Shown here piece after piece: positions 1-10,509 of a stretch of 46,060 nucleotides of DNA. A program made the translations under genes and the position numbers. Position 1 is the first letter of the stretch, and every line of letters begins with the position of its first letter. The notes under the pieces are model-generated. The model made no database searches and had not been told where the DNA came from. It was given only the letters and a program-made list of their open reading frames with translations. This DNA is from Nemertoderma westbladi (taxonomy: Eukaryota > Animalia > Xenacoelomorpha), in NCBI GenBank assembly GCA_032718475.1, contig JAUCBJ010009131.1, positions 1 through 46,060 on the forward strand, in the 5' to 3' direction.

Positions 1-1228
1 TTTTATAAAACTCGTCAAATTTATTTTCGGTTGTAAGATTTTTATTTGTGTATGTCCAAGTGTTAGGGTTTTGTAAATCTCTTAAAAAGGTTTCTTTGTT
101 AAATTTCGAATAGTCAAATACGTAGAGTTTGTCTGGCTGGTTAAAGAAACATGAGTAATTTTGGATTATAACAAATGAGGATAAATGATCGGTTGTTCCT
201 ACTTCCGTTAAAAATACACCCGGTGTTAACATTCTATCATGTATATTAGTTGCTATATGATCTATAAGTGTTTTGGAATGTGGGGTGATTCTCGTTGGTA
301 CCTTAATGAGTTGTTCGAAAGAGTTTGATTCTAAAGTTTGCAAATAATTTGTAGAGTTATTGGTATTTTTTAGTAGGTCTATATTAAAATCTCCCGTTAG
401 TATGATGTCAACATTTTCATTGGATAAATTGAAAAGAGTATTATTTAGATTTTCAAGGAAACTGTGTAGATCACAGGAATCAGGGCGGTATATAGTACCT
501 ATTATTAGTGGTTTTTTATTTTTTTTATTTTTTGATCTTGAAATTCTAACCCAGGAAGATTCACAGTGTTCGATTTTAATATCGCTTAGGTGGGTGAAGT
601 CTAGCCCATGTTTGATGTAAATGGCTGTCCCTCCCCTGTCCCGTTTCCCGTATTGTCTGTTTGTTATTGTCGGCTGTGAGTATCCTGCTATGTTTATCAT
701 CGTAAGGTTAGTATTGTCTGTTAGAAAAGTTTCTGTAAATGTAAGTACGTCAAACTGTTTGTTTAGTAAATCAAGGTAGTCAGTTGTTGCGCTAAGGTTT
801 TTATTTAAGCTCCTACAGTTTAGGTGGTATACTGAGAATGATGAATAATTATTTGGAATGTTATTAAATTTTTGCTCAGAGAAGTATTTACCGTCAGTAT
901 TGTTAGAGTTCAAATTTTGGTCAGGATCTACGTTTTGAAATGTGGCGTTTGCATCAGTATAATTGTCTGGTAGGAGAGAGTTGTCATTGTTAGTGTTATT
1001 GTAAAATATATCAGTGTCATTGTCTGGAACTAGAGTAAACGGAAATGTTTCAAAATTGCAAAAGGTACAGTAGATGTAATTTTCGGTAGTAGTTATGTAA
1101 ACGTTATCTAGATGGGTCCCACATGGTATGTGGTAAAGTTTCTTACAGATATTACAGGTAAATCTCGGTTCTGAATTGGACATCGGGGTAAAGCAGAATT
1201 CACATGTAGATTGGCTGGCTAGGCCCAT
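1..1228 (-). CDS. LINE (CR1/L2 group) ORF2, N-terminal part: PHD finger + APE endonuclease; runs off the window start
   Basis: Manual translation from ATG at 1228 gives MGLASQSTCEFC..CNICKKLYHIPC..YCTFCNFETFPF (C4HC3 PHD). APE motifs follow: HLNCRSLNKN, FDVLTFTETFL, GTIYRP, ILTGDFNIDLL, PTRITPHSKTLIDHI, TDH. Absent from the ORF track, consistent with no stop before the window edge. Confidence 0.9.
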   Translation of the reverse strand, partial: MGLASQSTCEFCFTPMSNSEPRFTCNICKKLYHIPCGTHLDNVYITTTENYIYCTFCNFETFPFTLVPDNDTDIFYNNTNNDNSLLPDNYTDANATFQNVDPDQNLNSNNTDGKYFSEQKFNNIPNNYSSFSVYHLNCRSLNKNLSATTDYLDLLNKQFDVLTFTETFLTDNTNLTMINIAGYSQPTITNRQYGKRDRGGTAIYIKHGLDFTHLSDIKIEHCESSWVRISRSKNKKNKKPLIIGTIYRPDSCDLHSFLENLNNTLFNLSNENVDIILTGDFNIDLLKNTNNSTNYLQTLESNSFEQLIKVPTRITPHSKTLIDHIATNIHDRMLTPGVFLTEVGTTDHLSSFVIIQNYSCFFNQPDKLYVFDYSKFNKETFLRDLQNPNTWTYTNKNLTTENKFDEFYK

Positions 1229-1719
1229 GGGGTGGTGGTGGGGGGTGGGGGGGGGGGGGGGGGGGGGGGGTTGGTAGTATTTAAATCTATATATATATAC
1301 GAAATATGAAACTCACTAAAATGCTCACATTGTGCTTCTACTCTTACAACAAGACTACATCGTTAATAACTGTGAAAAAAATATAACTAACTCTAACTAG
1401 ATATCATAGTTAGTTTGTTTTGTTTATACGTGAAGATAATAAACAAAAAAAAGAAAAACACATAATATCGTATTTGTATCGCATATAGATTGACATATGT
1501 GGGTTGGACTATATGTACCAATGTAAATGTACCCGCATTATATCGAGTAGCGAGTAGCGTACTAATGGAGACTCCTAGAAACTAAGATAATAATTTCCCA
1601 CAACCTAGCTAATATATAGACAAGACTGAATGCATATCGCATTATATTGTAAGGTAATAATTTCATAAAAAACGCATAAAAAGACTGCATATATATCGCA
1701 TAATGAATGTTTTTTCTAG

Positions 1720-1815
1720 ATTTTTTATATAGGATCGCATATATATATTTTATATAGGATCGCATATATATATTTTATATAGGATCGCATATATATATTT
1801 TATATAGGATCGCAA
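1720..1815. repeat. ~25-bp tandem repeat (x4) in the LINE inter-ORF spacer
   Basis: ttttatataggatcgcatatata(ta) repeated four times. Confidence 0.85.
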
Positions 1816-1919
1816 AATGGCATATATATAGCATAGTCTAATAATAGGTAGATCTTTCTTACATATGTATGTTCTGTTCCTATAATCCTGTAATCAAATC
1901 GGAGTAAAGAGCTGTATTT

Positions 1920-2672
1920 TTATGGGTGAGGTGTACCGGTGCTGGATTCCATCTCGAAGTTTACTTTCGTTGCCAGATTGGTTACATCTTTGAAATCGTA
2001 AATTGCGATCACCGCTCCTTCTTCTTTAAGCTTAACTACTACGGTGCCATTGCGGGTGTACGCGGAATGGATGCGTTTAGCTTTCTTTATGCGAACCACG
2101 TTGCGAAGTAACTCCGCGCGGCGCGCAGTTAGATGTTCAGTGACAAATGTGTTTTTGGGAAGATTATCTTTGTTCTTTAACACAGTGAGACGTTTATTGC
2201 GTGAAATGAAACGCACTACGAGTGGCCGAGTAGGTTTAGATGCTTCTTTATCTCCCGAGATTTTCTTCCTTGGCAGCCGATGATATATATCAATATCGGA
2301 ATCGCGGATACCTACAGCATTGAAAGCGTCGGATACGTCTTTATCGTTGTCTGGAATGTTATGGAACAGTAGGTTGTAGCCTCTCGAGTACTGTTCATGG
2401 TCGTCAAGTCTTACCTCGATTTCTCGGTATTTATGGGTTAGGTAGTCGACAGATTTCGCTAGGTTGTCCAAGCGTGGTTTAATTTTGTTAGCTTCCGCAT
2501 TACTTAATTTAATCGTAGCGATGTCGGCTTTCATGTCTGATATGTCGTTGGATAGTTTCCTGATTAGGTGGCACATCTCTTCTTGTTCATCACCGCTGAG
2601 CGTGGTATCGCTTTCGAGACTGTTGTAAGTATTGGACTTTGTGATGCTCTGCTTGTTTTTCTTTGGACCCAT
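1920..2672 (-). CDS. LINE ORF1 (coiled coil + RRM/CTD, L1/CR1-type nucleic-acid chaperone)
   Basis: 250 aa; coiled coil followed by LDDHEQYSRGYNLLF, IDIYHRL, RPLVVRF, FVTEHLT, AYTRNGTVVVK; co-oriented and upstream of the APE ORF2. Confidence 0.88.
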   Translation of the reverse strand: MGPKKNKQSITKSNTYNSLESDTTLSGDEQEEMCHLIRKLSNDISDMKADIATIKLSNAEANKIKPRLDNLAKSVDYLTHKYREIEVRLDDHEQYSRGYNLLFHNIPDNDKDVSDAFNAVGIRDSDIDIYHRLPRKKISGDKEASKPTRPLVVRFISRNKRLTVLKNKDNLPKNTFVTEHLTARRAELLRNVVRIKKAKRIHSAYTRNGTVVVKLKEEGAVIAIYDFKDVTNLATKVNFEMESSTGTPHP

Positions 2673-5600
2673 TTTGATTACCGTAATTTTCGTGAAGAAA
2701 TGTGATCAAGATAATCGAGATAGAGTTAATTAAGTAGGGGAAGTGTGTGTAACAAGAAGTATATAATAATAATAAGTATAATAATAAGTAAGCTTGTATA
2801 TAATATACATAAATCAGTAGAATAACATAAATCATTAAATTTTTGGTAACGCTGTACTGGCTGACTGGTGGTGGCGGTAGGGCAGGGCCTATCTGCCTAT
2901 GGAATGTAACCAATTGCCACTAACTTACTCCTGTACTCTGATTGTCTGACAACCCCTGTAACGCTGTAATGGTACCTGTACAGTGTACACTGCAGCACTG
3001 ACTAACTGAAATCACACAGTTCACCAGTTCTGAAGCTACTGGTTCTGCCTGACTGCTGCTGTACTGGTTGAGAGGTACAGGCTGACAGGCCAGGTGTCAG
3101 TACTGTATGACTGTGTCATGATCCCTAAACATTCCAACCAATAGGAAACCTTCGCCATACACAAACATAGGGATAACTTACCAATTTTAATAAATTTACT
3201 TCTCCTTTTAAACTTGTCAAGTTTATAACTAAATTTTTGATATGCACTTGTTATGTTTAGAAAAATTTATATATCTTACAAACTTAATACAACTTGCTGT
3301 TTACATGCTAATATTGTCAAATTTATAATGTCAATCATTGGAAAATTGGGGGCAGGCAAATTTTGTGTAAGTTTTACTAAATTAGTAAGGTATTTCGAAC
3401 CGGGACTTTTGGCGCAATACGCTAAATTATAATGGAATAGCGATTTGTTAAAAAAAAAAATATTATATTTCACACGATCGCCTGCCGCTCCAGTTTTATA
3501 ATACCTCCGGCGCTGTGATTAACGCTGTTAGATAGATAATTTAACGCACTATAAGTCTGTGTAAACAAATCTCCCGTAAGTTAAGTAGTTTTCGAGCTAG
3601 GCGATTTCCCGCGAAGCGAGTTTGAAGCGCGAAATTATAATTTTGGCCCTCATTTTTTTAATATCATCCTTGGAGGAAAACCGATAGCATATTTGAATTC
3701 CCCGTATGGATATTGACTGTATAGAATGTATCTTAACCAACTAAAGTTAAAAATAAAAAATTATTCGATAAAAACTACTTTACAAATTCTGGCCCTTTTT
3801 GGCCCCTATTGCCGACATATTTTTTGTACCCCCATTCGATAGGAACGTAACCCCAATGGTCTTCTACGAGTTTCATAAAAGAATTAGTGGATTCCTACCC
3901 GCGTTGTCGAATTAAACATTTCGGAAATAAGTTTTCAAAAAAGACGGACAAAAACGTACAAATTTACAGCCCCTTTTTCCACCCGAAATTTTAATAAATA
4001 TCTTACCCCCATTCGATACAAAGGTAGTACCACTCTTCCCCTTTCCAACCGCGTTACTTTCGTCCCCGTACGATTAATATTAGCCGAGTTATAGCGGATC
4101 CCGCAAAGTCATTTTGTCCGTTTTTTCAACTTTGACGGACATTTTCGGAAAAAAGGCGTGGTAATCTTTTTTGAAAAAAAAACGAATTCACTAATTAATC
4201 CCTTCTATCGTATCCCGGCGTCGGCTAAGCAATAACCTAGGGTTTTTTCGAGCCACTGTAGAGCGCCTTTCAAAAAAATTTTAAAATTGTCGAAAAAATG
4301 ACGGTTTTTTGTCCGCCGTGTCCGTCGAAGGGTTAGATTTAATAATGTTAGAGTTGCTAATATCTTAGAATTCCGAGCCGCTCCCCTGGTGAGAAAATAA
4401 AAAAATTTGGTCAGTTCCTTCATCAAAAAGTCCCCCAGAATCCCAAGTTAACCTATATAGTTAGCGATGGCCTGCGGCTTTAGGAGCGGCCGCGGTATTC
4501 ACCTCCCTCATAGCGGCCGCGGCGGTGTTGCGTCAAATGGAGAAATATTTATCCCACCAAGTGATGTGGTTGGAGAAACCTGCTAGGGGCGGCTACTATG
4601 CAGCAACCAATCATGTTAATCGTGTTTAACACAGAGTCAATGAGAATAGAATATTGCTAACTTCAAAAAGTTCAGGTTACCATTATTCCAAATTTATCAG
4701 ATATTACAGTAATTAAGCTGCTAGTGTTGTTAGTCAGTTAGTATTCGATTAAGCCATAGAATATTAATTATATGGTACAATAGGCAGATACTGTAGGATT
4801 ACAATGATGTAAACTGTAAATGAAATATTTATATATAGGCCTAGTTAAGTCTAGGTTTAGGCCTACAGTAGTAATAAACATACTGTACTTATACAATATC
4901 TCATAGAAGTACTTGCCGCACGTATGTAGTACCGGTACTGTATATTGAATGTGGGCAAAATACAGGCAGACAGGTCTCACATATCGTGTTGCGTTTTATT
5001 CACACAACTTTTATGATACCAACCACTTCATCCAAACGGGGTGTAAGTAAATGAAACGCCGTAACGCCGACAACCAGACAACTGAAGCCAACACCGACAA
5101 CCATTATTAAAGCCAATTAATTAAATGTTATTTATTAATTGAGGGAAAGGAACAGGTTACAATGCAGGAAGGTTAGTCTAACCAAAACAAACGAGAGTTA
5201 AGAACTCAGGTTACATTTTCATATTTGCTGTTGTTGGGCAGTAGTCTGGTGGTTGACAGTTGTGCACACCTGTGCAAACGCTACATCATATCCATTCAAT
5301 TGGTCCAAGGTCTGTCTGTAGCATTCCCAACATGCGAGTAGCAAAAAGAAGTGCTGGCAGGCTGGACAACGTGGAAATGGTTTAGTTTTGCTGTCGGTTC
5401 TCCTTTTATCAATTTTTTGTTTTTGTCTCGATAACGCAGAGGTTGTTGTGTACTTCTTATCGCATAAGCAGATAAATTACATTCCACTACTTTTTCAATC
5501 GTCTCATTACTGCTCCCATGTACTGTAACTACAATGATATACCTTAATAATCGCAATAATTTTTATTGTCCGTTTAAATCCTTTTTTTGTCCTTTTTTTT

Positions 5601-5859
5601 TTATTTTTTATGTCCTCCAAAAATCTAATGTTAGGTTCCATGCTACCGGTTTCTCTACTGCTGTTCTCTCAGGCTATCAGTACCGGTATTACAGTATTAG
5701 TAAATAGCACTATTTTGCTGTTTGTATGTACAGATGTAGGTATAAAGCAGGTATTTTTGTATTTTAGTACCGGTACCGGCACCGGTACTGCTGTAGGCCT
5801 ACTGTGTAGCCTACCATTTAAATACGTTACTGGTAGGCCTAACGGCTGACCGGTTGTTT

Positions 5860-6620
5860 TTGGTTAGAAAATCCCGCCTTTGTAACCTGCTCCTTTCCCC
5901 CGCCTCTGTAACCTGCCACTTTCCCTCAATTAGTTAAATGATCGTTTATTGTTTTGGTTAGAAAATCCCGCCTCTGTAACCTGCTCCTTTCCCTCAATTA
6001 TTTATGTGATCGTTTATTGTTTTGGTTAGGAAATCCCGCCCCTGTAACCTGCTCCTTTCTCTCAATTGGTAATGTTATCGTTTATTGTTTTGGTTAGAAA
6101 ATCCCGTCTCTGTAACCTGCTCCTTTTCCTGATTTGGTAAAGTGACTGTTTATTGTTTTGGTTAGAAAATCCCGCCTCTGTAACCTGCTCCTTTCCCTCA
6201 ATTAGTTAAGTGATCGATTATTATTTTGGTTAGGAAATCCCGCCTCTGTAACCTGCTCCTTTCTCTCAATTGGTAATGTTATCGTTTATTGTTTTGGTTA
6301 GAAAATCCCGTCTCTGTAACCTGCTCCTTTCCCTGATTTGGTAAAGTGACTGTTTATTGTTTTGGTTAGAAAATCCCGCCTCTGTAACCTGCTCCTTTCT
6401 CTCAATTGGTAATGTTATCGTTTATTGTTTTGGTTAGAAAATCCCGTCTCTGTAACCTGCTCCTTTCCCTCAATTAGTTAATGATCGTTTATTGTTTTGG
6501 TTAGAAAATCCCGCCTCTGTAACCTGCTCCTTTCCCTGATTTGGTAAAGTGACTGTTTATTGTTTTGGTTAGAAAATCCGGCCTCAACCTGCTCCTTTCC
6601 ATCAATTGGTAATTGTTTTT
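5860..6620. repeat. 68-bp tandem array, ~11 copies, three subvariants
   Basis: Unit core ttattgttttggttagaaaatcccgcctctgtaacctgctcctttccc; registers at 5941, 6009, 6077; inverted single copies at ~5137-5195 and ~15228-15280. Confidence 0.92.
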
Positions 6621-6901
6621 GGCTATAAAATGAGTGTTTTGCTACGTCATGTGGTAATCGATTATCTACAACAACCACAAACTATTAAATTTAGAGTCTT
6701 TTACCACAGGCGCATATGGAATTCTATCTCATAGTCTATAAATCAGGGAATCATGGAATGTTTTGGCACAGGCATAGTGAAATCAACTGTCCGACAGACC
6801 AGAAATCAACAAATTTTGAATGTTTTGGCATAGGCATGTTGAAATCAACTGTCTGACAGTCCAGAAATCAGCAGTCTGACAGTTTGTAGAAATACATACA
6901 T

Positions 6902-6975
6902 AAAAAGTCATTAAAAGGACAACAAAAGTCATTAAAAGGACAACAAAAGTCATTAAAAGGACAACAAAAGTCATT
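6902..6975. repeat. 21-bp minisatellite (~3.5 copies)
   Basis: aaaagtcattaaaaggacaac repeated. Confidence 0.85.
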
Positions 6976-7137
6976 ATGCACAATTCGTAAAAAAGGGAGG
7001 ACAAAAAAAGTCAAATAAAAGGACATAAAAATTCACTGCCCTTAATAATTTGCTTTGATGTACCTACTGTTCTGCCTGACGCCTGACTGCTTTCGGTATA
7101 ACTTGTATAATGAAACAGAAAAAGCCAGTCTCAAGGG

Positions 7138-8277
7138 ACAAGTCCCTAAAAGGTGCCACCCTGCTCCATAGCGCGGGAAATTCAAATGATTGAAAGACAT
7201 GTAATTTATACTGGAAAGGGTGACAGATCAGATCTACCACCTATATTTTCAGATTTTGGCGGTAAATTAAAATCTGTTTTAACATAGCAGCATAGAATAC
7301 GTCTTATAAGACTAATGTAATTCATTGAATTCGAATAAATTATTTCTAATCGGTTTAATTCACTCATCCGTTATTCTGTTATTGTTGTTGTTTTATATCT
7401 ATTCTGGGGCTTCGAGCAGCACCTGAACAACTAAACTGAACTGTTAAGGCCTACTGCACATTCAGTAGCAGTAGCTTACAGTAAGAAGTTTACAGTATGA
7501 AGTATACTGCTCTAGTTCCTTGACCTTTTAGTACGTACCCATGTACATTATGCAGCACACTGTGTACAGTTTGTGATGGAAATATGATAATTCTGTAATT
7601 TGAATCAATCACCAAAAATATATCAATTCACTGCGCCTTTCTATCTATCCACTTGAAATCTACTATTAATATGTTTAATGTTTAATGTAGATAGGGCGTG
7701 AGGAAGCAAATGCTTTTAAAGCCCGTACACACAATAAATAGAATTAACAGAGACATATGTAAAATATATATATGAAATTGTACTGTACACATAAATAAAA
7801 TATTGACTGGGTTAAAACACGTCTTGTTTTAGGTAATACTGTAATAAATTCTATAAATTCAGAATATATAGGTATAAGTGTATAATTGTTATGATTATAA
7901 TGTTCTATACTTTACGGTGATAGAAGTTAAGACAAATCCCCTGACCCCCACCCCCCCCCCCCCCCCCCCCCCCATCAATTTTGCTCGATGTCCCATTCTA
8001 GTTAACCAGTCAGCTTAGTTGTTCACGTGCTGCTCGAACAATAACAACAACAATAAGGGATGAGTGAATTAAACCGATAAGAAATAATTTATTCTGATTC
8101 AATGAATTGCATTAGTCTTACTCTATTCATGTATTCAATGTTAAAACAGATTTGAATTTACCGCCAAAATATTGGTGGCAGATCTGATCTGCCACCCTCT
8201 CTAGTACAAATTACATGTCTTTCAATCATTTGAATTTCCCGCGCTATGGAGCAGGGTGGCACCTTTTAGGGACTTGT
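7138..8277. mobile_element. Non-autonomous long-TIR (foldback/Mutator-like) element with 10-bp TSD
   Basis: TIR acaagtccctaaaaggtgccaccctgctccatagcgcgggaaattcaaatg, extending ~270-300 bp with divergence; gtctcaaggg duplicated at 7128-7137 and 8278-8287. Confidence 0.85.
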
Positions 8278-8752
8278 GTCTCAAGGGTAGGGGAAGGGCC
8301 TAATAGAATAGTGAATACAGATACTGAGATATGGAATAATGTTAACCTGAACTTTTTCATGTTAGCAATATTCCATTCTCATTGACTCTGTGTTAAACAG
8401 GATTAACGTGATTGGTTGCTGCTTAGTAGCAGCCCCTAGCAGCTTTCTCCAACAATTACTTGTTTTATACAAAATGGAATAATGTTAACTGGAAAAGCTA
8501 CGATCTAAGCACCAGTGCATACGCACTGTAACATACTGCAGTACTGTACTGTATCGGTCAGCCGGTACCGCGACCGACTGTGCTCAGCTGCTGTCTGGAC
8601 TGCACTGCTGTGCTGTAACTGGCTGACCGGTGATACCGGTACCACTGTTGCTGTTGGCACTGTCAGACTGTACGACTGTACCAAGACAGCAAGACAATAA
8701 TACAGTACCGGTATAATACATAGGCCTAATAGGCAATAGATTACTATTTAGA

Positions 8753-9054
8753 ATGGCGGAACCGAACAGGGCTGTTCCTATCGGAGGCGGTTATATGCCG
8801 CAACGCAAGAAGAAATCCAAAGATACGCCTCGTCCTACGGTTCGCCTGGAAGTTGATTTGGACGCGCACCTTGTGCGTTCCGCTGGGGGAACTGGATACG
8901 CGGAACTCCATTACCCCGAGTTAGTTCGATCCCAAATAGGCGAAGCTCCTCCCGATGACGTCGATGGCACCGACTCCCGACTGCTTACTATGGCGCGTCG
9001 GTTTGAAGAGAAGTACGGACCGAGTCCCCGTAGAAAGGGAGGAGTCCGGGACAG
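8753..9054 (+). CDS. UBN: Ubinuclein/yemanuclein, coding exon 1
   Basis: TVRLEVDL..AELHYPELV and MARRFEEKYG..RRK..DR resemble the UBN1 N-terminus (ARKFEEKYG..RRKDR); phase-2 donor AG|gttagt at 9055. Confidence 0.88.
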
Positions 9055-9099
9055 GTTAGTTTATTTAGCGGCCTACCAATTTAACAAGTAAAAGTTCTT

Positions 9100-10475
9100 A
9101 AATTCCTGGGAGTAACAGAGTACGGTAATGATACATGAGAATATCAGCTGGAAGTTTCACCTGGATTTCATACGCAAACGCAGTAAGGCTGTAAGGTAAG
9201 TAGAACTATAGGTTTATTAAATAAAATAAAAAAATTCCTGGGAGTAACAGAGTAGGCCTAATGATACATGAGAATCTCAGCTGGAAGTTTCACCTGGATT
9301 CCATACGCAGTAAGGTAAGTAGAACTATAGGTTTATTAAATAAAATTAAAAATTTTGCAACTCCCACTGTGTTAGCTACACTTTATCACTCACTGGTGAG
9401 CCCATACTTTTACTATTGCACTGCTGTCTGGGCATTTAAAACACTAACAAACAACTCTCCATCCATTACTTTATCGACCACGCGCAGGTGCAGACGACGT
9501 AGACGCAGACATTACGTAGAGAATACGGCACAGAGTACAGACGTAGACAATACAGTAGAGAGAACCACTTCTGTTAACATTCTACATAAGTTACAACAGA
9601 GAGCAAAAAAATATAGTTACTGATAGCGGACACACCGAATTTAATCCCCTAACCATAAGATCTATTTATATTAAACAATTTGGCTTACTATGTTACAAGT
9701 AGGCTACTTATACAATCTAATTCCTACTGATATATTCCCATCATTACTATACTAACGCTCACATCAACTAGGTACACATACTGACATAACCACCGTACAT
9801 GTAGCGCCACAAACAATAACTGTGTAATACCTCGTACTCAACTCGAAATAGCCCGATAATCTATTAGAGTCCAAGCCCCTACAGTATGGAATTCCATCCC
9901 ACCCTCTGTACGGCAATCTCAAAGTATTCCCGTGTTTAAGCGTGCTTTGGAAGGCTCGCTTCTAAATGACCAATAAGACTGTACTATTAATTAATTTATT
10001 AGTCTTACTTTCTTTATTTTCTAATGATGTTGTCATTTCGAACTGTTCAATTAATATTAGTAGTATTTAGGATTTTTACAGTAGTGTTTGCATGCAATAT
10101 AATATATTTGAACATATCCGTTGACTCAATACTGTACAAAATTATAAACCGTACCAAAATAACGTAAATAATATTTTTCGCACATTGTTTCATCTTCTTG
10201 GTATGGTGTAGAATAAGTTAGTACTGTAGACCCTTTAAGTAATTGTATGTTTTGTTATTGAGTGTAGTAAATGGTGAGTGGAGTAATGGGCTTGCTCGTC
10301 CAGTCACCATCTGATCTACACAGAGTATGCATTAGGCCTAATATATTTAGTACAATAATTACACTACCGGTATTTACATATTATACATACATTATTATAT
10401 TTTTCAGTATATTACCACTGTGCTGCATGCTTTGTGTGGGAATTGTTCTTAAACAATAAACAATAAATAAACAAT
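9100..10475 (+). mobile_element. 5'-truncated CR1/L2-group LINE: RT C-terminal region, 3' UTR and tail, with a tandem duplication of its 5' end
   Basis: FLGV..MIHENLSWKFHLDSIRSKVSRTIGLL..LYHSLVSPYFYYCTAVW..LHKLQQRA; later QAPTVWNSIP..FKRAL; tail aaacaataaacaataaataaacaat; 9100-9231 duplicated at 9232-9352. Confidence 0.85.
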
Positions 10476-10509
10476 TTCATATTTCTGTATTCTGGTATTT
10501 AGTAGATAT

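Larger units (their letters stand above)
4558..8462. mobile_element. Outer ~130-bp diverged inverted-repeat pair (foldback/non-autonomous DNA transposon) enclosing nested elements
   Basis: 4558-4690 (caagtg..ttggagaaacctgctagggg..aaaagttcaggttaccattattcca) is the reverse complement of 8332-8462; no clear TSD. Confidence 0.6.

Noticed and set aside
3140-4460. Probable non-autonomous DNA transposon (repeated ccccattcgata motif)
   Set aside because: It looks repeat-derived, but no convincing TIR pair or TSD could be found
5860-6620. Repeat-spacer (CRISPR-like) reading of the 68-bp array
   Set aside because: The variable parts are three recurring, mutually related variants rather than unique spacers
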